From the NCBI RefSeq assembly GCF_009914755.1, contig NC_060929.1: a stretch of DNA of 64,000 bases. One strand, written 5' to 3'. Origin of the DNA: the human T2T-CHM13v2.0 reference genome, Homo sapiens. Shown in pieces: positions 15,361 through 32,438 of the stretch; the first letter of the stretch is position 1; each line of letters starts with the position of its first letter. The translations under genes were made by a program, and so were the position numbers. The notes beneath the pieces are model-generated. The model had not been told where the DNA came from, did not search any database, and saw nothing but the letters and a program-made list of their open reading frames with translations.

Positions 15361-16240
15361 TGGCAGCCGGGTAGTGTGCTCATATTCTCCCATACCAACC
15401 AGACCCCCATACCCACCAGAATATTTTCAGTGGCTGGAGGAAGAGTTCACATACAACTTCGGCTCCAGGGTCACACTTCTGTCACTGATGCTAATTTGTT
15501 TTGCAGGGCATGGCAAGAGGAGAATTTTCTGAGGGCAGCAAGATACCTGGCTATGTCCCCAGTGGCGCCTTTCCAAGACTTCTGGCTACACATCTTTCAC
15601 CTCCCAGCCTCGTGCTGAACACTGTTGGGGTGCAGTTGGCCTGCCTGCCTCACCCGTGGGCATATTGGGACACTCCTGTCAGGGTGTAGTTAGACCTAAA
15701 AGAGCTCTCACCCCTCTCAGGGAGGCTTCATGACTGAGGAATCTGAAGGCAGATCTGGCAGAAGCTGGGAAGGGGAAGGGAATGGAGAGTAAGAAGGGGG
15801 ACCTGCCAAAAACATGCACAGACAGTTCGTAGGCAAATGCATGTTCCCACAAAAGACATAATAGCTGTGTGTGTATGATACCCTGCTGAAGTCCCCTTAT
15901 ATGATCATTCCAGTTAGTCTAGCCACCTTGAAAACATATTTCAAACCCTGGTTGAGTAATCCATTGTGCCATGATTAGCTGTTAATGAAGCTGAAAATAT
16001 CTAAATCATCCAACAAGTAATCTGAATTAATTTTTTATGATTACCACTTCTAGACAAGCTGGTGTCAGGACAAAGAAAGACCTGGGCATACAGACAGAGA
16101 CATTCACACATGCAGATAAAACGTGTACACACAAGCATGCACACAGATAAACTTAGGCCAGAGGAGCAAAGGAGGAACAAGGGGGAAAAAGTAAAAGGGG
16201 AACTTTAAAGACAGTCCATGAATTGAACAGTGTGAAATCT

Positions 16241-16385
16241 TGTGTCAGACCTGTAAAAACAGAACCTGGATGTGGATGCTAGGGCTTGAGTCTAGGGCCC
16301 TACTCTGATCTGCCACCATTTCAGTGAAACTGACTTTTGTTAGTCAAAGCGAGTGTTGGAGCTGGGAGTGGGGGTCTGTGGTGGG
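16241..16385 (+). repeat. Local direct repeat, copy 2
   Basis: Diverged copy of 15200-15360. Confidence 0.9.
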
Positions 16386-18094
16386 ACTCTTCAATTCACG
16401 GACTCTCCTTAGTGAAGTTCATTTGGTCCTCTCCAATCCCCAGCGTCCCTTTTCCTCCTAGCACCATCCTTCAAGGCCTGTCCTGAATTTAATTTTCCAC
16501 CGGAGGTTGGCACATAGCTTAAGGCATCCCTTGGGAGCATAAACTGGTAATGACTTGAAATCTTAACCCCTAAAAGGATATTGATATTTTTTCAAAAGGT
16601 GCTCAGGAAGGTGTAAAAGAATTAAATCTCTAATGGCTGACTTGTAAATTGGGATTATCTTTATTCTGGAGACTTAGCTTTGCTCAAACATACTTTTTGG
16701 GTACAGATCTCCTCTGGGCATTCCTAAGGCCAGAATTACAGGCAAGAAAAAGTGGTCCTGGAGAGGAGGGTGGGTTGCAGTGGGGAGAGATCCATCAGAT
16801 GGGTGCTCGGTAGGAGGATAGATACTGAAGAGGTGCGGGAGAGGCCAGAAGGCTGAACTTCCACATGGAGACAAACTAGAAGCTGGTTTTATAATCTTCC
16901 GTATCTGTCCTTCAGGGAACTTGCAAACTTTCTGGTGGCATGAGATGTAGAATATTACAATACAGATTACATAACAGGTTAAAAGCTGAGTCTTACAATG
17001 GTCATATACATGCACACAGGTTCTAGGTTCAAAGTCTCAAAGAAATTAAGTCATTGTGAGAGGATGTAAAATTGTGGACATTTGCCTATTAAGGAGACAA
17101 GCAAACTATTTTTTTCCTTTTTCAGATTTTTCAAGTTTTTCAGGTATGTCTGGTCAAGTTTTCTGTGGATATTAGCAACTATCAAGTATGAAGATTATAG
17201 AACAACAAAAAAAGCAACATTACATGTTTATGTCTTGCTCTGGAAGTCGAGATTTTTATTTCCTTGTGAAATAGATAATAAAAAAATAAAATTAACAATG
17301 TATATACACCATGGTTCTTTGTAACCCGAGTGTCACAAAGAGCTCTATAAAATATCTGAAGTGCTTGAGGTTGCCTAGAGGGAAAAGGTAAAGATTCTCA
17401 CTACAGAGCTAATAGTTCCTGCTCAACAATTTGAATTTCACTTAAGAATAAACCTGAGAGCCCACATCTGGGAGAGCATGTTTACCTTTAATGTAGCAGT
17501 TTGGAGGTGGAGGCATTCCTGGAAGAGAACAATGCCTGATGCATTATAGGCACAAAAATAAAGATTTGTTGATGACACCGAAGCCCTGCCTCCACACCAA
17601 CATTCTCTCAATTCACAAATACTATCAAAGGAAGAAAACTCTAGAACTCCATTAGAGTGGATATCTCCCCGCTCTTAATCTCCCAGAGATCATTGTTTCC
17701 TATTTCCATGGAAACTAGAAGACTTGAAATTGCCAAAACTTGAGAGACACTTGAGATGAAAGCCAGAAAAAAAAAATTAACAAAAGACAAATGTTACAGG
17801 CAGCATGTATGACAGTGTGGTAAAGTTTCTGACATTTGTTTGGGAAGATTTTCTTATTTCTTTGCTTGGAAGAATGCAATGATTTCCAGAATGTGGCCAT
17901 AATAGCTTCACACCATGCTGCTGAATGTTCATCGAGTAGATTTTACTCTTTTCTAGAAAGGAAAGGAAAGACCCATGGGCCTTGGCAGCAATCAAGTGAA
18001 TGTTAAGCTGTTGGAAATTGCTCTCCTGGCACACCTTGATGTTAACCACAATGAGGAGGCCAGTCTGGCTGAAGTGCCCTTGCTCCCTCCCTTC

Positions 18095-18545
18095 CATGCA
18101 GTGAACAAATATTTATTGAGCACCTACTATTCTCCAGGTAATGTGTCCTACATACAACTAAATGAAAAATTACAACTCAGATAAGAGCCCCTAGGAGAAG
18201 TACACGTAACTACTAGAGTGTGTAATAGACAGAACTGACCTGTCAGGGCGGCCAGGCTTTCCTAAGGAAGTGTGATTAAGCCGAGCAGGAGGAAACTAGG
18301 CAGTGGTTGTGGGGCCTGGGGAAGGAGAACATTCCAGGGAGCAGGAACTCTTGGGCAAAGGCCTCTGGAGGAAGTGAGTGTTAAAGGAATTGAAAGTAGG
18401 CCTGAGTAGCCTGTGTTGGCAGAGCTCCAGAGAGCAAAGGGAATGAACTTGGGGTAAGGCCATTTGGAGAGGTGGGCAGGGACCAGGTCATTCCTAATGC
18501 ACAGTCTTGAGTCTTGCAGGGCAGGCTTGTTAAGGATTTGGTTTC
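18095..18545 (-). mobile_element. L2 LINE fragment
   Basis: aacaaatatttattgagcacctactat is the reverse complement of the L2 3' end. Confidence 0.75.
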
Positions 18546-19099
18546 TAACCCTCCCCTCTCCAGGGTGAACTCAAGCTGTCATAGGAGTGCATGGCATACA
18601 GTCCTTGTGTGTGACCTGGGAATGCAGATTTTGTTTCATCTGAAATCTGTCAAAACATTGCCATAGATTTCAGAAGTGAACCACCAAGTTCCAAAGGTTA
18701 TAATTTCATTAAATGCTTTAAACCTAAATCATGTTCAGTAAATATTATTTTACACATGATGATTCAGTAGGCATCTTGGACTCATCATCACAAATGTCAA
18801 TTATCATCCTATATTAACCCCTCAGAAGCCAGAGTTTGGTCATCTAATAACTTCTCCATTTTCTGGGACCTAGCTGGAATCTAGGAAGTCTGCAAGAGGC
18901 AAAATAAATGTGACAAAGATCGTGTACATTTTAACCAGGTGGGAGATTCTCATTAAGAACTTCGCTGATTTTACTTTACACATAATTGTAGAAATAAGGT
19001 TCTCCGGGTTCAGAGGCTACAACATGGGGAGAGCAATAATTCAGAAAGTGAGAAGCGACATTATGGGTGGTTATATGACAATAATTAACAGTAAGAGGG

Positions 19100-19230
19100 G
19101 CTAGGCATGGAGGTACATGCCTGTAGTCTTAGCTACTCAGGAGACTGAGGCAGGAGAATCACTTGAGCCCAGGAGTTTGAGTCCAGCCTCGGCAATACAG
19201 CAAGATCGACTCTAAATAAACAACAAAAAA
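19100..19230 (+). mobile_element. Monomeric Alu (FLAM-like)
   Basis: A single ~115 bp Alu arm with an A-rich tail. Confidence 0.8.
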
Positions 19231-19588
19231 GTGAAAGTAACAGGAAATAGCACAACTGTAAAGGCTGAGACCAACAAACCAAAACAAAACCTAGAACAAA
19301 CTAAATAAAAAATGGAGGGAAAAGAAGGGAAGGGAAAGAAGGGGAAAGAAGGGAAGGGGAGGGGAGGGAAGTGGGGAGGGAAGGGAAGGGCAAAAGAAAT
19401 AAAGAGAAAAAGAGAAGAAAAACCAAGCCAGCAATCTGGGTTTTTTGTTATGAACAAGCAACCTTGCGTACCTTAGTAGCTCTTAAGGGCATCATTGTGT
19501 TTATAATCAGTCCTTATAATATGCTTAAGAAGTCAAAGAAGTGTGTCATGTTTTAGAAAGATTTCTAGTGTGCAGGGTTAAGCCTGTA

Positions 19589-20324
<736 letters not shown>

Positions 20325-21734
20325 TTAATATAGATTTCACGTTGAAAAATGTCTGATACACCAGCTTTTACTGAAACCTCTTCATTTTCACAAGTTATCT
20401 AATTCTGGATTTGAACAAAGTCATTGGAAGTGACATTTTTCACATCTGAATTGTCATGATTCCTTTCTTGACAGGGAGTGAATTCTTGAATATTTAAAAA
20501 TACTGTAGGTGATAAAATGCCGTTAATAAATTTGTTTCAGAATTTGGCTTTCATGTTTAAAATTTTAATTTTCATGTATCTTAAATGCAAATAATCTTTA
20601 TCTAGGCATAAGGTGCCCCCTAAAGTTACCTGGCTGTCTAGATTTTACATCTTTACTTCCTCCAAATAGGAATGAGAATGAACAAAGTACTATTTGATCA
20701 CTTTGAAAAATGCTCATTCTATATCCTTACAAAGTGAATTTTGGAATGACATTACTTTCTGTAAATACATCCTTCATACATGTCAGAGCACCTTTTGTCT
20801 CCCTAGAGAATATGTCTTAAACCTCTTTTTCTTGTACCATCTCACATTATCAGAGATATCTGCAAGAGAGTGACCTAGTAGGGTGAGGCAATTTTGAGAA
20901 AATCATTAATTTTCTAAATTATGATTCTCTATACTAACACTTTTTTAGTGTTTAAAAGTGGGAGTTTTTTCCTAGTTAACACAGGTAAATAAATACTGAA
21001 ATAAATGTCTTTACATTATCCTATTAAATAGATTAAATAGTATTCTTTTGTTTATCCTGTGACAATCTTAACAAAATAGTTCATAAAAAGTTAGTTATTT
21101 AAAAGGGGAAATATTAAGGTTATAAGGAAATGTGGCATTTCCTATTTCTTTTGGCCATCACTGGGTTCTAAGCCTGTTTTGAAGCCTGATGAACCTTCCA
21201 GTTTTAAGATGTTTTCATTTAATAAGATCCTCACCATTGCACTTTGCATTGGAGTAACTAACAGAATGATAATAGCCTGGTAACTTTTACTAATATTTAA
21301 ATGGTATAGAGACTATACGCTAAAATGTTTTTCTTTTCTGAAAATTGACACACGCAAATTATTTAATATTTAATGAAAGCAAATCTCTTTTACTTCTTGA
21401 GGGTAGAATTATTGCCCAAATCACAACATTTAAAACAAATTCATTTGTAAGCAATTTTGCCAGCCTGGTTTTTTGGTATATATTGAGATGCAATAATTTA
21501 TTTTTCAAAATTCCAGCTTGTAACTTTAAAGGCTTCCATCTAAACAGAATACACTGTTCTTAGAAGCAGGTTGGAAAAGATTGGTTGATTGATCAGTGGT
21601 TGAATATATTTTCTTATAATTCAGCACATTTTAGAAGGGGACATCTTAAGGAATGAAATAGTGTGGGTTACTGAGTGACAATGTGGTGTGGAATATGATA
21701 TTTCCCAATTTTGCCTATTCTGAAGAATTATCCA

Positions 21735-21876
21735 GGGCATGGGTTAAAAAGATAGATTCCAAGCTCCACCCCAGCCCTGCTGAATCAGAATCTCCAGGGG
21801 AGAGGTAAAGGAAATGTATATTTTTAACAAGTGCTCAGGGTGATTCTTATGACCTGACAAGTTTGGGAAATACTGG
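21735..21876. mobile_element. MER5-family hAT fragment
   Basis: ctgaatcagaatctccagggg...tttttaacaag...ggtgattct...aagtttgggaaatactg. Confidence 0.65.
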
Positions 21877-22060
21877 ATAATGGAAAAAAATTCTGGCTTT
21901 AGAGTGAGACCGACAGAACTTGAATCCTTGCGTGGCCAGATAGCAGCCAAATAACCTTTGGCAAATTTCTCTGAGTCTCAGTTTCTTCGTTTGTTTCTTG
22001 TGTAAGAGGCATTAAATGAGTTACTGTTTGTAAAGGACCTAGTATGGTGTCTTTGCCCAC
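21877..22060 (+). mobile_element. MIR SINE
   Basis: ggctttagagtgagac...ctctgagtctcagtttcttc...attaaatgag. Confidence 0.6.
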
Positions 22061-22096
22061 TGTCCCAAAATACTAATGGTAAGATATTAGTGGCTT

Positions 22097-22401
<305 letters not shown>

Positions 22402-23899
22402 TTGTGGCTTGATTCTCAAGGATTCAACAAAGTTAAAATGAACCCTCTTCAAAGTTGGAGTAATGGTTTAAATTTTTCAGTTCTGGTTGATCATTCCCTG
22501 CTTACCTCTTCCTTTGCACAAGAATCTATTCCATGGAAATGACTGACCAGGAAGACTCTTTTGGCACTTTCTCCTGTTACTGGACATTTTTCACTGATGA
22601 AGTATCATCTATTCTCCCTCATTCTTCGCTCTTTTTAGCCATACAGAGTGAGATGCTCTCTCACTGCACAAGAGGGGAGAATGCCTGGTTCATAGGTTAA
22701 CTATGCTGTTTTAGGCTTTTATTCTCCTCTAAACAAATTATATTCCAGGGAACATAATTGGCTTCGACTACAGTATTAAAAAATATGTCCCAGTATGAAA
22801 AAGAGAATGGAAATGAATATAACTTTGTGTCCATCTTCAAATGACTTGAAATTCCTTAGATCTAATTTAATTTCCATGTCTTGGAATCTTCCTACTAATG
22901 GCAAATTATTGTCTTAATTAGCTGAGATGACTAGCAATAATGATGAGGCAATGCCATTTTCTCCTGCAGGCCTCCTAAGCGCAGGACCCTGTGAAGTTCT
23001 TGTCACCAAAGGGTAGTTTTCAAACTTTAGTGTAAAGATGACTCATGTGGGGAGCCGCTACATGTGTTAATTTCCGTTTCCCAGCTCCAAAGTTGTGTGC
23101 ATTTTGCCCTGGGGCACTCTAGGGGTCTCTCTTTGAAAACCACTGCTCCAGGAATTTGGTAAACCGCTACCGAATTTAATTCAAAAATTTCATTTCTAAG
23201 TTAAAGGAGGGTGGAGGAGCCATAAGAGATCTCTGGCTAGGACTCCACTGCCCTTCTCAAATAAATTCCTTTGCCATTCATCTGTCCATCAACCTATCTA
23301 TGCATCTGACTGCAGTGGGCTGGGTGCTAGATGTGGTGCTCAGGTGGGTGTTGGGTGGGGTTTTCTCACTTCCTTCAGTTCATCAGTTTAGCTACTGGGA
23401 GTACTATTTATGAAGTGGGCCAGGGAGCCTAGCTCCTGACCACACTAGTGATGTGGTGTGATGTGATATGAGTCACTGCATATGGGAAGCAGTAGACTTT
23501 CTGTACTTTGATTTCCTACCATTGCCTAATGGTAAACACTGGAGGCGGCTCTATCCCTGATTTGGTCCCTGGGGTAGAAGCCTGCTGGAAAAGGGTAATC
23601 ATAAGTAATTCAGTAATGATTTCTATGAACACCAGGAAAAACACTATAATTACTCAAAAAAATGAGAGATGGCAGAAGCACTAGCCAAAGATGACACACC
23701 ATCACTCACTTCTCCCTTGGCTCCTGGGTGTAGCTAACCTCTGGGGAGACAGAAACCTTGCAGGACAATGCTGGGCATTCAGGGACTACAGAAATGGACA
23801 AGGCATATACCCAACTGTCAGAGAATTTCTAACCAGGGAAGAGAGGAAGAGGAAAAGAGAGAGAGAGAGAGAAAGAGAAAGGACAATGGCTTAGGCAAG

Positions 23900-24920
23900 T
23901 GTAAACATAACTCTGATGCTAGGCAGAATGGTATAAATGTCACAAGAACGATCCAAAGTGTTAAAGGGGCTTGAGGAGAGAGAGATCACACAGCCAGGTG
24001 GGTTTTCCCAGAGGAAGTGGCATTTGAGCAAATCCTTGTAGGAAGGGTAGGAATTTGACAAGTTGCAAGGGAAGGGAGAGACATTTCAGGCAGCAGGAAC
24101 ATCTTGAGCAAATGTGTGGGGTGGAGAAGTCCTGTTGGGACATAACAGAATTCCTGCTGGGGAACTGGGAAACGTTCTGTTGGGTTTTAGTGGGAGGCAA
24201 GGCTGAAAAGTTGGGTTTGGTCAAGATCAGATCTGAGTTTGGATTTCTCCCAGTAGGCAGCAGAGAGCCATTTACAGGGACTTAAGCAGGAGGGTGACAC
24301 AATCCGAAATGTACTTTAGGAAGCACAGCAGCTGGGTGGAGGATGATTTGGAGGAGGAAAGGCTATACAGACACACCAGGGAGGAGGCTCCTGCAGAGTG
24401 AAGAGGAGGAATAATTGACTGTGAGCAGCCAGAGGGGCTGGGATAGACAATACAAGTCAACTGTGGGAGTTACAGGAAAGAGGCAAAGGCAGAGGAAAAA
24501 GCTTGGGGCCCTGGGAACAGGTGGCAACAGTATCAAAAATATAACGAAAGAAGAGAACCTGGATTCTAGGGAAAGGTGGTTCTTTGGGTTTGAGGTGGCC
24601 GTGGGCATCCTGGTGGTGATGGAAAAGTGAGCTGGCCACCAGGAAGAAATACGTGAGCCAGAGAGGGAGATGATACTTTAGGAAACGGTTATAGGGTGGG
24701 TGGTGGAAACTCTCCAAGTGGTGGATCAAGCAAAATGAAGAGGACCGTGATAGGCTGCAGGGCAGGGTATACATTAAACAGTTTGAAGGAAGATAAACAA
24801 AAAAGAGGGAAAAGAGGAGTTGGAGACACTGGAGGGATGGCAGAATTCCGGGAAACTCAGAGAGGGGCCCAGTTCAAGAGGAGGTCAGTAATCAGCGCCA
24901 GAGAGTGCAGGGAGGGCCGG
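23900..24920 (-). mobile_element. L2 LINE fragment
   Basis: Purine-rich degenerate L2 sequence (ggcatttgagc..., aagcaggagggtgacacaatc, tttgaggtggccgtgggcatcc). Confidence 0.6.
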
Positions 24921-27069
24921 CTGGGTCAGGCTGAACTGGTGGCCCCTCATTTGTCTCTGAATTAGAGAGCTTATAATAGATCCCTCCAGCAAACGACGGT
25001 GCCTTAAATCCAGTCTCTTGCTCGTTATAATAACGAAAGCTCTAAAAGTTAGGCACCTCCAAAGGTACCTACTTCCCTGTTCAATGTGAATTAATCTCTT
25101 CTACTAACAACCCCTATGACCCTGAATGAGTCATTTATCCTGTCTGGGGGCACCAGTTTTGTCATCGCTGACTTTCCAGTTCAGTGATTCTATGTGTTTA
25201 TGTGTGAAAATGCTTGCTAATCTACACATTATACAAGCCTAAGTCGTATCATGAACTTCTGAAGAGAATAGAGCCCAACTTGTGTTTTACTTTTAAACTT
25301 ACTGTCTTCTATACCTATGTTTTACACAATTATAAGATTATTCTTATTTTTAAAGAGATCTAGAAATGAAACCCCTGAAAGAGACTTCTCCCTCTACTTG
25401 CCCATAAAGATCCTCCAGTTTTCCGCACAGGCTTTTTCCTAGACATGGAGGAAGTGCCCAGAAAAATACTGGACGGATATACAAAAACATAATGCCACAA
25501 AAATTTTCCTAACAAGTAAGGCAGCTGCGGAAAGTCGGCCAGCGTCCCGACCCCAGGGACCTGCAGCCTGGGACTTGTGAAGGCCCACTGTGTAGCTCGA
25601 GGTTTCCAGGGCCTCGGCCCCGAATGGGCGATTTTCTTTAAAACGCCGAAGCGCGCTATCCCTTTAAATCCAGGCTGCAAGGCAGGCGGGTGGGGAGCAG
25701 CCAATAACCTTAAAAGATGCGAAAGTGTCAAAGGAGATACAGTTTATCTCCAACAATGGGAGCGGATCAGCACCACTGTTTACAGTAAAAACAGAAGGTG
25801 GGGCTGGGAGGAAGCCTGTCTCCGACGCGGTAATTAAGTCTGCGGCTTGGAAGCAGATTTGACCGAGCTCTGTGGAGCGCGAACAATGTCCGCAGGGCTC
25901 CAGGTTCAGAGAGGGACTCGCTTCTCCGCCTTCGCCCGCGTCCAGGCACCAGCGAGCTGCACTCTGCACTCGCTCTCCCTGGTCCACCCCTACACTGCCC
26001 GGACCCGAGGGGACTGGCCCTGCGGGCGCCGCCAAGGCGACTGAGAGCGCGGCGCGCGTCCCGAGCGCCTGGACTCCGCGCAGCCGGGCGCCGCGCACCC
26101 GGGTGCCGGGGTGGGAGCCGGGCCGCAGACCCAAGTGCGCCCGAAGCCGCCGTCCGCCGCCTGGCACGCCGTCTGCCGCCTGCTGGGCGATGTGTGCGCG
26201 AGCCCGTGGGGCTTGCGCGCGCCCTGCGGCGTGTGTACTCACAAAGGTGTGTCTGCTAACCCCACAGCCCGGGCTGCGTTCCACCCCGAGCTGGAGAAAC
26301 CCCGGCCTGGAGCGGGGCCTTGTCCGCGCGGCCGCGGGGGCGACAAGGGCGGCCGGAGCTCCTCGACTTCTAGCGGGCGGGTCGGTTTCCTGGCCCGAGG
26401 GGCTGAGGCAGCGAGGGCGGGACGGTGGCAGCCGGCACCGGACGCGGGTCGCGCGGCTGCTGGGCACGTTCCGAGCGCTCTGCGTGTTTTCGGGCACAGC
26501 CCTGCAGCCGAGACAGAACGGACGCGGGGCTCGGGGATGGGCGCACTGCAGCCACGCGGGGTTAGCAGAGCGGGCGCGCTCCTTCCACACCAGGTCTGCA
26601 AAAGTGAAGTGGAAAGCCGCCGCCGAACGCAGCCATCCTCCCCCTTCCCCGCTGCAGCTTCGGCGGGTGGTGGGGAGAGCTCCCCTGGACCGGCTGGAGG
26701 GGAAGCTGGCAGGCGCTCGGGTTTGGCCGCGCCTCCTCCGCCTTCCTCTCCACCCGCGTCCCCCGGGGTCCATGCCGCATTTCTTTGTTTTGAAAGCGCC
26801 TCCTCCGCCCAGAGGCTTTTCCCCCGAAGGGCAGGGGGACGGGGGGGGTGGGGCATCGGCCCGTGGGCCCCGCCCTCCATTTAGCTCAGAACCCTCCCCT
26901 TCGCTCACCCCCTCTTCTCCCCTTTCCTCCCCCGCTGCGACCCACGAGGCGCATCCTCACTTCTCGGACTTCAAAGAGAAGCTGAGAACTGGAGGGGGAA
27001 GTGGGGTAGGCAGGGGGCGCAGAGACCCACCCACCTCAGGCCCGGCCCGGCGGCCCGCCCCCTCCCACG

Positions 27070-28166
<1,097 letters not shown>

Positions 28167-31110
28167 TAGTTCCGCGCGCGCCCGCACCCCTGCGGGTGTC
28201 CTCACTGGCCCGGACGGTCCTCCTGAGCGGAGCGCCCATTTCCTCCCTCCCTTCCCTGCCCCCCGTCGCCCCGGACGGGCCAGCGCGAGTGGGAAATGAA
28301 TCAGCAGGACGCGCCCCTCCGTGGGCTCCGCGCCCCCGGCCCGCGCTCCCCTACCCGCCCTCCTCCGGGGAGCACATCCTGGAGGGCTGTTCGCCGGTTT
28401 CGGGGGTGGATGTGGACAAAGGCGCGGGCGGACGGCCGGCCTCCGGCGAGGGTGTGTGTGGCGGGGCTGTGCGGGGCGGGGGAGGGGGCGCGGGCCGCAG
28501 ACAATGCCGGCCGCGGCCCGGCCGCTCGGCGCTCCCCCCCTCTCCCACTGCCTGTCGCTCGCTCCTTTTTCTTTCTGGCCCCCGCCCCACGCGATTTGAG
28601 GGGAGGGGAATACACTTAAAGCCGCTCGGCCGCCGCTCCTCCCAGGGCTCCGACGGGCGAGCGGCCGCGGCGCTCCCGGGTCGCTGTGGCGTCTGGCCCG
28701 GGCGAGCTCCACTGGCCGCCCGGGGTTTAAATGTCGTTTTCTTTGCGCCTCCTCAGTCTCCAAGCGGCGCAGAGGAGAGGTGGCGGCGGACCGGACTCCG
28801 TCTCCGGAGGGACATCTCGCCCGTAGGACGCTTACTAATTAAAGGGCGCGAGCCTGAGGAGGAGCTGCTAGCGCTTCCCTTTTCTCTGAAGCTGCCTCCA
28901 GACACCCCTGTGCGGGCCGCGGCGCAGCCCTTGTGCCCCGCCGCCCGAGTTTTGTTTGCGCTGTGTGGTCAGGTCGTGGTGCCCCGGGCGAGCCGCGGTC
29001 GGCAGTTGCGGATTTGCCGCTCGCAGCCAAAGGGGCGAGCGGGCTGCAGGAGCGCGAGGCAGAGGGCTCGGCGGCCGCTCCCGCGTCCCCGCGGCGCGGC
29101 AGCCCGGCACGACCCAGCACTTTGTTCTCATTTTCAGGTTTTTTTGTGCCCCTTTCAGTTTTCTGTCACCCTCCGAAAAGGAGAAACCAAACAAAAGAGT
29201 CTCTTTCTTTTCAGGGCTTGTAAAGTAGAATATATTTGACAAAGGCGAGAGAAGGACTTGTGATTTAGAGCTGCACAGCCTTCCTTTCTCTGACAGATCC
29301 TGAGAGTTTTCTCAAATACCTTAGTTTAAAAGTGTCTCCTGTTCCCCCTCCCCTAAAATGTTCTTTTTCCCCTGTCCAGATCTTTTTCAGCCATAGCGAT
29401 GGGAATGTTTGAGCCAGACTGAAAAGAACAATGCTGTAGTGAAACTTCCCATTTTTTTCTCCTGATTGCAAATGGCATATTTTCTGACCCCCTCCCATGT
29501 TAGTGTACTTGAAATTGTAGCATGGTGAACCCGGCACCGAATGAATGGGGATAGATTTGGACGCATCTCTATCTCTTTGATTGTTAACTTAATCCTTTTT
29601 CTCTTTCTGTAGTCAGTTCCTTTTATCCTTCTTTTCTTTGGAAGTGGGGTGGGGGTCTGGATAGGGTCCCCAAGAAAGAATTAAGATTTGTTTTAATCCT
29701 GTCTGGTTAATTTGAATTCTAATGCCATCTGCAAACGTGGTTTTCTGCATGGTCATTTATTTCCAAAGGCAGCCCCCAGTGTTGCCTTTTCTATGTTGGG
29801 CACTCTTTCCTTCTGTCTAGAGGGGGTTTAGCTTTTGAGGCTATTCATCTATCCTTTTTTCCTTAAAACAAATCTAATTAACATTCTTCCTAGTTATACC
29901 TTTTTTTTTGTTTGTTTGTCTGTTTCCTGCCGGTTAGCGATGGATGGAAGCACATCTATGGCTTCTCAGTATAACAAACTAGAGTCTGCGAATTTTTATG
30001 GCTTGGCTGGCAATGTTGAGGGTTTTTTTTTTTTTCCCCCTCCCTCTCCCTGTGCTTGACTCCGCTTGCAAGCAATGAGGAATGACAGGAGAGCGCATAG
30101 GGAGGGTTTCTTGGCTGATTGCATTTAAGCCAGGAATTCACTGTGAAAATAAAGCCAAGGGGCGATAAATAAAAGAGGCAATCTTCTCTAGGAGACAGAC
30201 ACACAGCGTGGGCTTTGCCTGCTTTCATCAGTGGAAGAGGCCTGGGTGAGTAGTTGTAAAAGAAAATAGTAACTTTTTGAATAGTCCCCAAAGGGGAAGA
30301 GGCCACTGAATGGAATTGGCAGTGGTTGACGTGAAGTGGTGTGATGTTTCTCGTGTAGACTGAAGAGTTGACCACCACTTCAGAAACACATACGTGCTAA
30401 ACAAGTGCTATACAAATTGTGGAAAATATTCTTTTTTCGCCTCTGAGTTCTGCCATTTGCCTTAACTTCGAAGTTGTATTACTTGTTGTGCCAGTCAGCT
30501 TTAGAGATGGAAGGCTGTTAAATGCCTGGCAGCTGGCACTGAGAGATAGAACACTTATGATCAGGGTTCCCCCCACCTCCCTTTATGGGGAACAGAGAGA
30601 GGGTGGCTAGATTAACCATTTAATTTAGCTTCAAGTAGTGGTTTGAATTGATATGCTAACTTGAAAGGCTTATTTTATAATTTTGATTTGAGGTAGAACG
30701 CTTTTGTTTGTTTCAGTTTCTTAAAATGGAAAAGAACAGAATACTTTGTTGATAGCACCATAAAGCAGTTTTCTGGTATTGCAAAATTACAAGTGTACAG
30801 AAAGTATTCATTGACTTTTGTAGAGATGACTAAATTATAGCTACAATAGGGAAAATCTAGTTGTTGGACTTTATTTTACATTTATGCTGTTGATAGTTTA
30901 AGGATTGAGGGGTTTGTTAGAAATTAAACCTATTGGTAGTTACTGTTTCTCAACTTCTATATTTTAAAAAGAAATTTAAGGGAAAAAAATAAACCTTTGT
31001 TATAGTAGTTGTAAGCAATATTTAATTGGCACAGAGCTTGCTCATCAGTTGATTATAGGAAAATTTTAGAGAAAGAGTAGTTGGCTTATTTTTGTTAAGT
31101 AATTTATATT

Positions 31111-31493
<383 letters not shown>

Positions 31494-31600
31494 TTACATA
31501 AAAAAAAAATTTCCCCAAGTTATTTTCTGGCGAAGAGCTTCCCTGGTATGACCTGAAACTCAAACTTGGAAAAGAGATAAATTTAATTGGATAAAAATCA

Positions 31601-31900
<300 letters not shown>

Positions 31901-32127
31901 TCAAAAAGTTTCTGTAGGGCTGAAAACACTACAAATCAAATTTAGCAGTTAATTGGGCCAAATATTTACAGCACATTGGACCAAAGGTTGGTAGAAAACT
32001 TACAAAAATTGTCAAGAAGAGAGATGGATAACCCAATAGGAAAATGGGCAGCACATTTCAGAGAGGAAGACATGTAGATGGCCGGTAAACATACTCATCT
32101 TCATTCTTACATAAAGAGATGCAAATA

Positions 32128-32438
32128 GGCTGGGCGTGATGGCTCATGCCTGTAATCCCAGCACTTTGGGAGGCCAAAGTGGGTGGATCACCTGAGGTCA
32201 GGGGTTAGAGACCAGCCTGGCCAACAGGGCGAAACCTCATCTCTACTAAAAATACAAAAATTAGCCAGAGCGGTTGCGGGCGTCTGTAATCCCGCCGCTC
32301 GGGAGGCTGGGGCAGGAGAATCGTTTGAACCCGGGAAGCAGATGTTACAGTGAGCCGAGATTGCACCACTGCGCTTCAGCCTGGGTGACAGAGCGAGATT
32401 CCGTCTCCCCCCCCAAAAAAAACAAAAACAAAAAAAAC
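32128..32438 (+). mobile_element. Alu (AluS-like)
   Basis: Dimer; TSD gagatgcaaata. Confidence 0.93.
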
